Shown here one piece after another: positions 29,011-39,170 of a stretch of 64,000 nucleotides of DNA (the first letter of the stretch is position 1; each line of letters starts with the position of its first letter). The stretch lies in the NCBI GenBank assembly GCA_045594425.1, contig JAZNYK010000003.1:2929-66928 (forward strand), written 5' to 3'. The DNA is from Clostridia bacterium. GTDB lineage: Bacteria; Bacillota; Clostridia; Christensenellales; UBA1242. The notes under the pieces were generated by a model. The model did no database searches. It saw nothing but the letters and a program-made list of their open reading frames with translations, and was not told the origin of the DNA. The position numbers were made by a program, and so were the translations under genes.

Positions 29011-29678
29011 AGCACTGTTCACTTTGCAGATTAGAAGTTGACACTAATCAAGAATATTGTCCGCTTTGCTATAATCATCTAACTGAAATTTCAAAAAAAG
29101 AAACTCCTGAAATGTTCAATCTTGAAAAACCATCAGCAAGACAAAAGAAACGTTCAATTGTTGCAAAAGTGTTTTTGCTTATAACTTTAACTCTTTTGGC
29201 GGCGTGTGTGTTTATTAACATAGAAACAAAAACAACACCATGGTCGGTTGTTGTTGTGCTTTCAGTTTTATATTTATGGGTGCTTGTTGCTCACACAATC
29301 ATGAGCCGAAGCACACCATTTAAAAAAGTGTTGTTTCAACTTGTTTCAATCATTGCACTCTTGGTTGCAACAAACAAAATATTTTCAAATAACGATTGGC
29401 TCACGCATTATGTTTATCCAGCGCTTGCAATGTTTGCAACCTGCGTTTTGAGCATGATTATTTGTTGTTCAAAACACCGCAAAAAACTATATTTTTCATT
29501 CTTTAGCATTTTTGCACTATTGCTAGCAGCATCATTAATTTTTGTTTGTTTTAAAATTGATACTTTTAGAATTTTGAATCTAATAAACATTTTGTTCCAA
29601 GCAGTTATTATGGTTGCATTAATGCTATTTGCAGGCAGGTCACTTTTAACTGAAGCCAGCAGGAAATTTCACATTTAA
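29007..29678 (+). CDS. Membrane protein with an N-terminal CxxC...CxxC zinc ribbon and about 5 TM segments
   Basis: MKHCSLCRLEVDTNQEYCPLCYN followed by hydrophobic segments. ATGA start/stop overlap with the upstream acyltransferase gene. Confidence 0.6.
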   Translation: MKHCSLCRLEVDTNQEYCPLCYNHLTEISKKETPEMFNLEKPSARQKKRSIVAKVFLLITLTLLAACVFINIETKTTPWSVVVVLSVLYLWVLVAHTIMSRSTPFKKVLFQLVSIIALLVATNKIFSNNDWLTHYVYPALAMFATCVLSMIICCSKHRKKLYFSFFSIFALLLAASLIFVCFKIDTFRILNLINILFQAVIMVALMLFAGRSLLTEASRKFHI

Positions 29679-29690
29679 AGGGGAAATCTT

Positions 29691-30707
29691 ATGAAATACG
29701 CAATTTATGGCGCGGGGTCACTGGGCATTGTTCTTAGTGCATACCTTGCAAAATCAGGTGAACAATTTGATATTGTTGACCGTAATGAAAAAAGTGTTAA
29801 GGCACTTAATGAAAAAGGTGCAAGGGTTGTTGGAACTACTCAGTTTTCCGAAAAAGTTAACGCCGTTTTAGACACAGAAACAAAAGAAAAATATGACATT
29901 ATTTTCATGTTAACAAAACAAATAAATAACAAAAAAACCGTAGAAAAACTTGCAAAAATGCTTAAAAAAGACGGCGTTATTTGCACCATGCAAAATGGCT
30001 TGCCAGAAAAAGATGTTGCTGAGGTTATTGGTGAAAACAGAACTTATGGTTGTGCTGTTGGCTGGGGTGCCACAAGAAAAGATTATGGCTTGTCTGAACT
30101 TACATCAGAACCACAAAAAGAATGTTTAACATTTAGTTTTGGGAGCATGGATGGCCATAAAGATGAAAAGTTTGACGAAATTGTTAGAATATTAAGCATC
30201 ATGGGGACTGTTGAAATTGAAGAAAACTTTATTGGTGCAAGATGGGTTAAACTTTTGATTAATAGTGCTTTTTCTGGAATGAGCGCTGTTTGTGGTGACA
30301 CTTTTGGTGCTGTTGCAAAAAACAAAGCAAGCAGAAAGATTATTCAAAACATTATCAAAGAATGCATAGATGTTGCTTTTGCATCAAATATTAAAATTGA
30401 GCCAATTCAAGGCAAAGATGTTGTGAAACTTTTAAACTATAAGTCAGGCTTTAAAAAATGGTTTAGTTTTCAAATTATTCCGCTTGCTATCAAAAAGCAC
30501 AGACTTTTAAAAGCAAGTATGCTTCAAGACCTTGAAAAAGGCATCCCTTGTGAAATTGATTCAATCAATGGGATTGTTTGTGAATTTGGTGACAAGGTCA
30601 ATGTTAACACTCCATATAACGATAAAGTTGTTGAAATTATCCATGATATGGAAGCAAAAAAATTATCACCAAGTTTTGAAAATGTTAAACTTTTTGAAAA
30701 TTTATAA
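29691..30707 (+). CDS. 2-dehydropantoate 2-reductase (ApbA/PanE family)
   Basis: MKYAIYGAGSLGIVLSAYL Rossmann start. KLLINSAFSGMSAV and SMLQDLEKGIPCEIDSINGIV are typical of the family. Confidence 0.7.
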   Translation: MKYAIYGAGSLGIVLSAYLAKSGEQFDIVDRNEKSVKALNEKGARVVGTTQFSEKVNAVLDTETKEKYDIIFMLTKQINNKKTVEKLAKMLKKDGVICTMQNGLPEKDVAEVIGENRTYGCAVGWGATRKDYGLSELTSEPQKECLTFSFGSMDGHKDEKFDEIVRILSIMGTVEIEENFIGARWVKLLINSAFSGMSAVCGDTFGAVAKNKASRKIIQNIIKECIDVAFASNIKIEPIQGKDVVKLLNYKSGFKKWFSFQIIPLAIKKHRLLKASMLQDLEKGIPCEIDSINGIVCEFGDKVNVNTPYNDKVVEIIHDMEAKKLSPSFENVKLFENL

Positions 30708-30791
30708 AATTAACACCAATTTGTAAATATTTTTATCAGAAGTTAAATTTTTTACAATTTTAAGAAAATTTATTAAAAATATGAGGTTTGT

Positions 30792-31112
30792 ATGAAAGAA
30801 GCATTCAAGGTTGAAACCTTTGTTCCTGTTGAGGCATTAGAAGAAATTAAAAATGCGCTTTATGAAAAGGGTTTTGGAAAGATTGGAAATTATGAAGACT
30901 GTTTAACTTGGTATGAAATCAATTCTTCTTGGAAACCAGTTGCTGGTGCACATCCATATCAAGGAACAATTGGTGAGGTCGAGTTTGCAAAAGAGTATAA
31001 ACTTGAATTTAGGTGTGATAAAAAAGATATAAAAACAGCAGTTGAAACAATCGAAAAACATCACCCTTATGAAGAAGTTTGCATAAACGTTATTCCAGTC
31101 ATTGTTAAATAA
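30792..31112 (+). CDS. Stand-alone PII-like domain protein resembling the YqfO/NIF3 insert domain
   Basis: FKVETFVPVEALEEIKNALYEKGFGKIGNYEDC...AHPYQGTIGEV...HHPYEEV resembles the NIF3/YqfO cap domain. The call is from memory only. Confidence 0.45.
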   Translation: MKEAFKVETFVPVEALEEIKNALYEKGFGKIGNYEDCLTWYEINSSWKPVAGAHPYQGTIGEVEFAKEYKLEFRCDKKDIKTAVETIEKHHPYEEVCINVIPVIVK

Positions 31113-31116
31113 TTTC

Positions 31117-31146
31117 AAGCAGAGCAAAAAGGCTCTGCTTTTTTTA
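31117..31146 (+). terminator. Rho-independent terminator
   Basis: AGCAGAGC-AAAAAG-GCTCTGCT followed by a T-run. Confidence 0.8.
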
Positions 31147-31220
31147 TGAAAAATATAAAAATGCTTAAATAATAAATAAAAATTTGCTTCAAGCGAAAAA
31201 CTAGTTACAAAGGAGTTTTT

Positions 31221-32909
31221 ATGAGCAAATTAAACACAGGGTCTTTGATATCTCAAATAAAAGGATGTTTTGACAAAGAGTCACAAATTGTTGAAACGCC
31301 ACTTTGTGTTGATGGTGAAGATGTTGTGTTGTTTTATATTGAACCACTAATAGATAAAAAACTGTTTTCAGAAGGGGTTCTTGCACCAATTGAAAAGTTG
31401 GTTCAAAAATCAGAACAAAAATCTGCAAAACCTGAAGAAAATTATGAAAAAAATCAGCAAAAATCGCAAGATATAATAGATATTATCAAAAAACAAATAA
31501 TTTCAGTTTCTGCTGTTGAGGAAATTGGTGATGTTACCGAAGCAATTGACAAATTGTTTTCTGGAAATGTTTTGGTTGTGAGCCAAAAGAAAATGTTGGT
31601 TTGTCCAGTTTATGGATTGCAAGCAAGGGGGGTTGAGGAACCTCCAACTTCAAGGGTGGTCAAGGGACCAAGAGAGGGTTTTGTTGAAGACCTGCCGAGA
31701 AATATTGGTCTTATAAGAAAGCGTTTAAAAACTCCAAACTTAAAAATAAAAGAACTTTGTGTTGGAAAACAAACCAACACTCAAATTGCTATTGTTTATC
31801 TTGATGGAATCGCAAAACCTGACATTGTTAAAAAAGTTGAAGATAAAATTTCACAAATAAATATCGATGGAATTATTGATTCATATTATATTGAGTCTTT
31901 TTTAGAAGAAGGAAAAATTAAATTTTTTAGGCGTGTGGGCAACACCGAAAAACCAGACGTTTTGTGCTCCAAAATTTTAGAAGGCAGGGTTGCGGTTTTG
32001 GTTGATGGTTCACCAATAGCGTTAACGGTTCCGTTTGTTTTAATTGAAGATTTGCAAAGCCCTGAAGATTATTACACCATTCCAGCGCAAGCATCTTTTG
32101 TTAGGTTTATGCGTTTTATAGGACTAATTTTTGCAATATTAATCCCCGGTGTTTATGTGGCACTTCAAAGTTTTAACTATCGCATTTTGCCAATAAATTT
32201 TTTAATCACGCTTTTAAGCAGCATAGAAGGGCTTTCAGTTCCGCCACTGGTTGAACTTTTGCTGGTTTTGTTTTTGTTTGAAATTATCACTGAAGCCAGT
32301 CTGCAAATGCCAAGCTCACTGGGCATGGCTCTTTCAATTATCGGTGCACTAGCGCTCGGAAACACCGCTGTTGATGCGGGGATAATTTCACCACCATCAA
32401 TTGTTATTGTTGCAATTTCAAGTGTTGCGCTTTACATAATACCGAACCAAATTTCTGAAACACGAATGCTCAGAGTGCTGTTTACTGTGATTGGTGGAAT
32501 TGTTGGGCTTTATGGAATTGTTACCTCGTTTATCATTCTCACAACATACCTTTGTTCTGTTACAAGTTTTGGTGTTCCTTATCTTTCTCCAATTGCGCCA
32601 TCTATAAAAAGTGACAAAAAAGATTTATTTATAAAACAGCCTGTTGAACACATGGACACCCGCCCAACTTTGATTGTTGGTGAAAATAAAGTTAGACAAC
32701 GTGAAACGCCACAAAACAAAAACACACAACAAGATTCAAAACAAAACAACAAAAACACAAACGCAAACAAAACTCAAGAAAATAAACACAAAGAAAACCT
32801 TATTAAAAAAACTGCAAAAAATACATACGAAAATCAAAAAAATAATAAAAATTTAAACAAAAACCAACAAGATTTTCTCGAGGTTAGGGGTGTGAATAAT
32901 GACAAGTAG
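31221..32909 (+). CDS. Spore germination protein, GerA/GerKA (A-subunit) family, with a Lys/Asn/Gln-rich C-terminal tail
   Basis: PPTSRVVKGPREGFVEDLPRNIGLIRKRLKTPNLKI and the C-terminal TM bundle are typical of GerAA. First gene of an overlapping A-B-C operon. Confidence 0.85.
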   Translation: MSKLNTGSLISQIKGCFDKESQIVETPLCVDGEDVVLFYIEPLIDKKLFSEGVLAPIEKLVQKSEQKSAKPEENYEKNQQKSQDIIDIIKKQIISVSAVEEIGDVTEAIDKLFSGNVLVVSQKKMLVCPVYGLQARGVEEPPTSRVVKGPREGFVEDLPRNIGLIRKRLKTPNLKIKELCVGKQTNTQIAIVYLDGIAKPDIVKKVEDKISQINIDGIIDSYYIESFLEEGKIKFFRRVGNTEKPDVLCSKILEGRVAVLVDGSPIALTVPFVLIEDLQSPEDYYTIPAQASFVRFMRFIGLIFAILIPGVYVALQSFNYRILPINFLITLLSSIEGLSVPPLVELLLVLFLFEIITEASLQMPSSLGMALSIIGALALGNTAVDAGIISPPSIVIVAISSVALYIIPNQISETRMLRVLFTVIGGIVGLYGIVTSFIILTTYLCSVTSFGVPYLSPIAPSIKSDKKDLFIKQPVEHMDTRPTLIVGENKVRQRETPQNKNTQQDSKQNNKNTNANKTQENKHKENLIKKTAKNTYENQKNNKNLNKNQQDFLEVRGVNNDK

Positions 32910-34029
32910 GCAATTTTATATAATGCTTTTCATAACAACCATTTCATTAAAAGTTCAAAAACTGCCCAGCATAATTTATGATGCACTTGGAAAAGATGGG
33001 TATCTTTTGCTTGCGTTTTATTTTGTTGTTGATATGGTTGGGATTGCTCTTGCATTTTATATTTTAAAACGCAAACAACAATTAACAGACGGCAAAAACT
33101 CCAAATTAAGCACTCTTTTTAAAAAGGGTTTAGTGTTTGTTATGGTTGTTTATTTTTTGGCTCAAGGGCTGCTTTTATTTGAGTCAATACAAAATTTGTT
33201 TGAGCATATTTTGTTTGATAATCTTTCATGGGTGGTGTTTGGATTGCTTTTGTTGTTTGCAGTTTTTTACATTGCACACTCTGGCATAAAAAATATTGCT
33301 CGAAATTTTGAATTATATTTTTGGGTGATTTTAGTATCTTATGTAATCATCTCAATTTTCGGTGCAAGCAAAGCCGACTTTTCTGCGGTGCTTCCGTTTG
33401 AAACAATTGATGTTGGCAAAATCTTGAGTTATTTTGTAGATTTCAATTTATGGTTCGGTGATTTCTTTTTAATATTATTTATGGGCAATCGTGCAAAAGA
33501 TATCAAATTAAAATGGACCATGCTTGTTTACACTTTTTCAATTGCGTTTGTTATGCTTTTATTTGTTGAACTTAATGGAATCTATGGCGTTTACACATCC
33601 ATGAAACCAGCACTTATCACAACAATAACGGAACAATCAATGCTTGGTGTAAACATTGGCAGGGTTGACTGGTTTTTGATTTTAATCACGGAAGTAGGAA
33701 CTATTTTAAGTTGTGGAGTTTGTTTGTTTTTTGCAAAACAGTGTTTAAGATTTGTTTTTCCAAAAGCAAAAGACACTTGGTTGTTAGCCGCATTAATGAT
33801 TGCGCTTTATCTATTAGATGTGTTTTATCTTATCGACACTCACACAAGAATCGAAGTTCTTTCAGGCTATATGAGTTATGTTTCAGCAGCCACCAAATGG
33901 GGAAGTTTTCTTTTGATGTTTGCAGTATGTTTGTTTTCAAAACAAAAAAATAAAAAGACAAAAAGTGATGATGGTTTAAAATCTCAAAAAACAACAAAAA
34001 GGCAGGCGGTGTATGAAGAAAAAGTTTAA
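32899..34029 (+). CDS. Spore germination protein, GerAB (B-subunit, APC-type permease) family
   Basis: About 10 TM segments. Overlaps both the A and C subunit genes, as in gerA operons. Confidence 0.75.
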   Translation: MTSRQFYIMLFITTISLKVQKLPSIIYDALGKDGYLLLAFYFVVDMVGIALAFYILKRKQQLTDGKNSKLSTLFKKGLVFVMVVYFLAQGLLLFESIQNLFEHILFDNLSWVVFGLLLLFAVFYIAHSGIKNIARNFELYFWVILVSYVIISIFGASKADFSAVLPFETIDVGKILSYFVDFNLWFGDFFLILFMGNRAKDIKLKWTMLVYTFSIAFVMLLFVELNGIYGVYTSMKPALITTITEQSMLGVNIGRVDWFLILITEVGTILSCGVCLFFAKQCLRFVFPKAKDTWLLAALMIALYLLDVFYLIDTHTRIEVLSGYMSYVSAATKWGSFLLMFAVCLFSKQKNKKTKSDDGLKSQKTTKRQAVYEEKV

Positions 34030-35320
34030 AAAAAATTTAGGTCTGATTATTCTGCTTATTATTGCTTTGGTTTTTCCAACGAGTTTAAACTATCAAGCAA
34101 GGCTTAATATGAGAATCATTGTGACAGGTCTTGCAATTGATAAGTCAGGTGAAGATTATCAAGTTACCGCGCAGATTGTGAAAACATCTCCGGGGAATGA
34201 ATCTCCAGGAACCAGCGCCCAAATAGACTTTATAACCGACAAAGCCCAAACTCTTTCAGAAGCGGTGTCAAAACTTGCATATAAAGCCGGTAAGGTTTCT
34301 GCATTTTCACACACCAACTTTGTTGTTTTGGGAAAATCTATGTTTGAAGAAGATGTGACCAAGTGTTTAGATTATTTTATTAGAGATAAAATCATTAAAA
34401 ATTCCGCTCTTTTGTTGTTTGCTGGTGACAAGGCGGAGGATGAATTAAAAAAGACTAAAAACGTTGAATTATCGGTGGGTTTAGGGCTTCAAAAAGTGTT
34501 TTTATTCAAAGAAAATGAAGGCGATGGTTTAATGATTACACTTATTGATTTTTTAAACCAAAACAAACTTTATTCAAGGTCTGGCGTTGCAAGTGAGTTA
34601 AAATTTCACACCAATGAAGAAGCAAAGCAAAGCGAAGGTTCATCACAATCTGATGGTCAAAGTTCAACTTCGTCAAGCAGTTCAAGCGGGGAAGGTTCAA
34701 GTGAGCAGACAGGTTCGAAATCTTCGGCTGGTTCAAGTGACTCGTCTTCTGGGGGCTCTGGAAGTTCTGGTCAGAGCGAACAACAATATTTTGACCCAGA
34801 ACCAGCAGTAGTTTGTTTTGTTGGCGGAAGGTTTGTTGGCAAACTAGAAGACACTGATAGCATAAAAGGTTATATGCTTGGCAACCCAGCAACAAAAAAG
34901 AACGAAGTTATGCTTGAAAATGTGGTTAGTGGAAGGCTTAATGGTGATAAAATTGAAGTTATTATAAAGAAGAAAAAAAATAAGTTTGCGGTGCGTTATG
35001 AAAATGGCTCTCCGGTTCTAGACTTAAAAGTTATCATTGAAAAAGGTGAGATAAATGAAATTATGTCAGACCAAGTTATTGCAAATCTGAAGACGGAAGA
35101 ATTTAATGCAATAAAAAAGGGCGTCAGTGACGCCGTGTCAAAACAAATTTCTGCTTGTTTTGAAAAATCAAAAGATTTTGGTTGTGATATTTTTAACGCA
35201 TATGAAAAGGCATACAAATGGCATTATAACAAAACCCTTGAACTTTTTGATTCGCCAGAGGACTTTTTGAAAAGTCTAAAACTTAATGTGCTAGTTGAAA
35301 TTAAACAACTTGATTATTAA
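34013..35320 (+). CDS. Spore germination Ger(x)C-family protein with a Ser/Gly-rich insertion
   Basis: N-terminal hydrophobic segment LGLIILLIIALVFPT. Position and size match the C subunit. The insert reads SEGSSQSDGQSSTSSSSSSGEGSSEQTGSKSSAGSSDSSSGGSGSSGQSEQQ. Confidence 0.75.
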   Translation: MKKKFKKNLGLIILLIIALVFPTSLNYQARLNMRIIVTGLAIDKSGEDYQVTAQIVKTSPGNESPGTSAQIDFITDKAQTLSEAVSKLAYKAGKVSAFSHTNFVVLGKSMFEEDVTKCLDYFIRDKIIKNSALLLFAGDKAEDELKKTKNVELSVGLGLQKVFLFKENEGDGLMITLIDFLNQNKLYSRSGVASELKFHTNEEAKQSEGSSQSDGQSSTSSSSSSGEGSSEQTGSKSSAGSSDSSSGGSGSSGQSEQQYFDPEPAVVCFVGGRFVGKLEDTDSIKGYMLGNPATKKNEVMLENVVSGRLNGDKIEVIIKKKKNKFAVRYENGSPVLDLKVIIEKGEINEIMSDQVIANLKTEEFNAIKKGVSDAVSKQISACFEKSKDFGCDIFNAYEKAYKWHYNKTLELFDSPEDFLKSLKLNVLVEIKQLDY

Positions 35321-35321
35321 A

Positions 35322-35358
35322 CAAAAAAACACTCCTGTTTTTTAGGAGTGTTTTTATT
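35322..35358. terminator. Bidirectional terminator between the ger operon and the ATPase gene
   Basis: AACACTCCT-GTTTTTT-AGGAGTGTT flanked by A- and T-runs. Confidence 0.8.
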
Positions 35359-35360
35359 TA

Positions 35361-38081
35361 TTAAAATTTAACTTTATCCATCAACTTGTAAATAACTGTA
35401 ATTATTGTTGGTGATGCAAATGCCAAAACAAGAACAAATAGCACATCTTCAACCACGAGTTGTGAGAATGGGATAATGCCGAATGTTGTTGGCCAAGCAA
35501 AGATGCAGGTCACGCAAAGAATGAGCATTGCAGAGAACAAGAACACAGTGATTGGATTAAATGGTTTGCAAAGTCTGTAAAGCATTGCAAGACCTGTGAG
35601 TGTTAAAACAAGTGTAGACATTGTTTCAACAACTGAAATGTTGTCAGCAATTGATTCGTGAACGAAATAGTTAAATAGGTATACAGCGGCAACATTCAAA
35701 ACAAGTGTGAGTGCACCGGGAAGTGCATTTTTGATAAGGTTGTAAATAAACTTACCTTCAATAGGCTTGTCGTTTGGCAGGAATGCCAATATAAACGAAG
35801 GAATACCAATTACAAACCATTCAAACAAAAGCATATTAGATGTTGTGAATGGGTAAGGTTGACGAATCACAATAACAAGTATAGAGAAGATAATTGAGAA
35901 CAACGTTTTCATAAAGAATAATGATGATGCTTTTTGAACGTTGTTAATAACTTTTCTTCCTTCAATAACTGTGTCAGGCATACTAGAAAAGTCTGAATTC
36001 ATCAAAACCATGTGGCTCACACTTCTAACAGATTCACTTCCGCTTGCCATGGCAATAGAACAATCTGCTTCTTTAAGTGCCAAAATATCGTTAACGCCGT
36101 CACCGGTCATTGCCACAGTGTTGCCTTCGGTTTTCATGGTTTTAATTAAAAGCGCTTTTTGTTCTGGAGTAACTCTGCCAAACACAGTGTATTTGTTAGC
36201 GGCTGCAATAACTTGTTTTTCTGAAAGCCCGTCAAGACTAATAAATGCATCTGTGCCTTCAACGCCAACACGTTTTGCAATTTCAGAAACTGTGAGTGGG
36301 TTGTCACCAGAAATGATTTTTACTTTAACGCCATTGTCTTTAAACCAAGCAATGGTTTTAGCGGCGTCTTCTCTGATGTGGTCTTCAAGAACAATAAGAG
36401 CAATTGCTTCTCTTTCTTCTGGAAGAGTGTCTTTTGAAATAGATTTTTTAGAATGTGCTAGAAGGAATGTTCTGTAACCATCTTTAGCATATTGCTCAAC
36501 CATGGTTTGAAGTTTTTCATCCTTCATGTTAGGAATAACAAATTCAGGAGCACCCATAATATAGGTTCCTGCTTCATCAAAAGTAACTGCAGAAAGTTTT
36601 CTTGATGAAGAGAAAGGAATTGTTATTGTTGGGGTTAATTCTTTGTTATAGCCAAAGTAATTAATAAGTGCTTGGCTTGTTTGGTTGTTATCACCAAGTG
36701 CTGAAAGCATTGAACCCATAATTCTTTTAATGGTGTGTTGTGTGTTTGTAAGTTGAACACAGTTAAACACTTTCATAGTGCCATCGGTGATTGTTCCGGT
36801 TTTATCCAAACACAAAACATTTACACGAGCAAGCATTTCAACGCAATAAAGGTCTTGAACCAAGGCTTTCTTTCTTGCGAGTTTAATAACAGATACAGTA
36901 AGTGAAACAGAGCATAGAAGGAACATTCCCGCAGGAATCATGCCTATTGCAGAGCCTGCTGTTGTTGTGATTGCCGAAACAATATCACCATGGGCTTGGT
37001 TGCTGCTGTTTAAGAACATTAACACTGTAATTGGAACAATCAAGATACCAATAAGTTTAATGATGATTTTTAGTGAATTGAAAAGTTCTGATTTTGGTTT
37101 ACGATATTTCTTTGCTGTTTGAGCAAGTTGTTGAATGTAGTTATTCAAACCAACTTTTTCAACTCTTGCGTGGCAGTGTCCAGAAACGACAAAACTTCCT
37201 GCAAGAAGTGTGTCACCAACTTTCTTTTTTATAGGAAGGCTTTCACCGGTAAGAACACTTTCGTTAACTTCAATGTTGCCTTCAACAATAATGCAGTCAG
37301 CAACAATTTGTTTTCCGGTTGAAAGAACAACAATGTCGTCAATAACAACTTCTTCCATTGCAATGTTTTCTTCTTCACCATCTCTAACAACTTTTACAAC
37401 AGGAGCAGTTAAAAGTGATAACTTTTCAATGGTTTTCTTTGCTCTGATTTCTTGAACAATTCCAATAATAATATTAATAAGAATTGTTGCCATGAACAAA
37501 ATGTTGCTCCAAGGCTGTTTGTATATAATGTTAACAACAACAAGTGCAATAGCAATCAAGAAACACAAAATGTTAAAGAAGGTGAAAAGGTTTTCGCAAA
37601 TAATGCTTCCAACAGTTTTAACGTTTGTGTTTGGGCTTTCATTTGTTTGACCTTTCAAAACTCTTTCTTGAACCTGTTCACTTGTAAGACCATTTTGATA
37701 GTCTGTTTTAACACGCTTAACACGTTTTTGAACAATTGGTTCAGGTTTTTTCTTTTTTGTGTTTTCAAAAACCATTTTAAAAACATCACGAAGTTTTGGT
37801 TCGCCATCGTCTTCAACTTCTTTTTCTTTCTTTTTCTTGTTTTTATCAATCTTTTTTGCTGACTTTAAGTCTGCTTTAGAAGTTTTTTCAGACGCTTTTT
37901 TTACAACGGTCTTTTTTTCTTGTTGAGGTTTTTGAGCATCTAACTCATTTTGGTCTGAATCAGATTCAAATTCTGTTGCTTTAGTTGGTTCGGAAATTTC
38001 AGAGGTTTCTTCAACTTCAGTTTCAACAACTTCAAGTTCTTCTGATTCTTGTTCAGATTGTAACTTATTTTTATTCGACAT
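35361..38081 (-). CDS. Cation-transporting P-type ATPase (P2/HAD-IC type) with a roughly 125-aa charged N-terminal extension
   Basis: TGESLP, CLDKTGTITDG and MTGDGVNDILALKEAD motifs. 906 aa. Confidence 0.9.
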   Translation of the reverse strand: MSNKNKLQSEQESEELEVVETEVEETSEISEPTKATEFESDSDQNELDAQKPQQEKKTVVKKASEKTSKADLKSAKKIDKNKKKKEKEVEDDGEPKLRDVFKMVFENTKKKKPEPIVQKRVKRVKTDYQNGLTSEQVQERVLKGQTNESPNTNVKTVGSIICENLFTFFNILCFLIAIALVVVNIIYKQPWSNILFMATILINIIIGIVQEIRAKKTIEKLSLLTAPVVKVVRDGEEENIAMEEVVIDDIVVLSTGKQIVADCIIVEGNIEVNESVLTGESLPIKKKVGDTLLAGSFVVSGHCHARVEKVGLNNYIQQLAQTAKKYRKPKSELFNSLKIIIKLIGILIVPITVLMFLNSSNQAHGDIVSAITTTAGSAIGMIPAGMFLLCSVSLTVSVIKLARKKALVQDLYCVEMLARVNVLCLDKTGTITDGTMKVFNCVQLTNTQHTIKRIMGSMLSALGDNNQTSQALINYFGYNKELTPTITIPFSSSRKLSAVTFDEAGTYIMGAPEFVIPNMKDEKLQTMVEQYAKDGYRTFLLAHSKKSISKDTLPEEREAIALIVLEDHIREDAAKTIAWFKDNGVKVKIISGDNPLTVSEIAKRVGVEGTDAFISLDGLSEKQVIAAANKYTVFGRVTPEQKALLIKTMKTEGNTVAMTGDGVNDILALKEADCSIAMASGSESVRSVSHMVLMNSDFSSMPDTVIEGRKVINNVQKASSLFFMKTLFSIIFSILVIVIRQPYPFTTSNMLLFEWFVIGIPSFILAFLPNDKPIEGKFIYNLIKNALPGALTLVLNVAAVYLFNYFVHESIADNISVVETMSTLVLTLTGLAMLYRLCKPFNPITVFLFSAMLILCVTCIFAWPTTFGIIPFSQLVVEDVLFVLVLAFASPTIITVIYKLMDKVKF

Positions 38082-38308
38082 AGCACCCTCATTTTACGTA
38101 AGATTATAGTTAATATTATAAAATTTTTAACTTAAAAGTCAATTGCACGATACTAAATAATATTATTTAGTTGAAAAAATATTCTTTATGTTACAAAAAT
38201 TACTTAAAGTGTTTTAAAACAAAGCAATAAGTTTTTTTAAATAAAGTAAATTATGCCCCAAACCAAGCAAAAGTTTTATGGCTTTATATATAAAAATAAA
38301 ATAATACT

Positions 38309-38337
38309 TGCAAAATCTAAAAAAGGGTGTTATAATT
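38309..38337 (+). promoter_or_regulatory. Sigma-70-type promoter of rpsF-ssb-rpsR
   Basis: TTGCAA-17 nt-TATAAT, about 75 nt upstream of the rpsF ATG. The leader contains small hairpins (CAAT..ATTG). Confidence 0.6.
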
Positions 38338-38413
38338 CGATTACAATTCCTTGTATTGTGGCTATTTTTTTATGCCCGCAATACCGAATGAGTCCAAAAG
38401 GAGGCTGATTAAC

Positions 38414-38695
38414 ATGAGAAATTACGAAGTTTTATACATCATCGATGGAACTCTTTCTGATGAAGATAAAGAAAAAGTTGTTCTTACTGTTAAAGAAGTT
38501 GTTGAAAAAGCAGGTGGCAAATGTGAAGAACCTGACAGATGGGGAATGAAAAAATACTCTTACCCAATCAACTACAAAACAGAAGGCTACTACGTGTTGA
38601 TGAATTTCACTGCTGAAGATTCTGCACCAGCAACAATCACAGGCAAACTCAACATCAACAGAAATGTTGTTAGACACATGATTGTCGCAAAATAG
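38414..38695 (+). CDS. rpsF: 30S ribosomal protein S6
   Basis: MRNYEVLYIIDGTLSDE start follows AAAGGAGG. The track start 38351 was rejected. Confidence 0.9.
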   Translation: MRNYEVLYIIDGTLSDEDKEKVVLTVKEVVEKAGGKCEEPDRWGMKKYSYPINYKTEGYYVLMNFTAEDSAPATITGKLNINRNVVRHMIVAK

Positions 38696-38725
38696 TTTTA
38701 AAAGATTAAACTTTAGGAGAAAACT

Positions 38726-39157
38726 ATGAATAAAGTAATTTTAGTTGGCAACTTAACAAGAGACCCTGAACTTATCACAACAAACAACGGCATCTCACTT
38801 TGCAGATTTAGTCTTGCAGTTCAAAGAAGATTTGCTGGTGAAAACGGCGAAAGAGAAGCAGATTTCATCAACATTGTTGTATGGCGTGGTCAAGCAGACA
38901 ACTGCTATAAATACCTCAAAAAAGGCAGCAAAGCAGGCGTTGTTGGCTCAATCCAAACACGTTCTTATGACGGCACTGACGGAACAAAGAAATATTCAAC
39001 CGAAGTTGTTGCTGAAGAAGTAGAATTTTTGTCAAGCAAGGGCGCAACAAATACTGACGATTTTGTTCAAGAAGCGCCAGCAGGTTCAAAATCTACAGGC
39101 AAGAGTGATATTGTTAACAAGTTCGAACCAATCGACGACGACAATTTACCATTTTAA
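38726..39157 (+). CDS. ssb: Single-stranded DNA-binding protein
   Basis: MNKVILVGNLTRDPEL OB-fold start and acidic tail DDDNLPF. Confidence 0.92.
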   Translation: MNKVILVGNLTRDPELITTNNGISLCRFSLAVQRRFAGENGEREADFINIVVWRGQADNCYKYLKKGSKAGVVGSIQTRSYDGTDGTKKYSTEVVAEEVEFLSSKGATNTDDFVQEAPAGSKSTGKSDIVNKFEPIDDDNLPF

Positions 39158-39170
39158 AAGGAGATAAAAC

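Noticed and set aside
35941-36477. 178-aa plus-strand ORF, along with 36940..37862 and neighbours
   Set aside because: These are antisense to the P-type ATPase, whose DKTGT, TGES and GDGVND motifs make the minus-strand gene unambiguous.
38351-38413. Upstream-extended starts given by the track for rpsF, and likewise for dxs, dut, fusA, glmM, dnaB, the GNAT gene, the CarD-like gene and others
   Set aside because: The extensions add non-conserved hydrophobic residues and lack SD sequences. Internal ATGs preceded by GGAGG-like sites reproduce the canonical N-termini.
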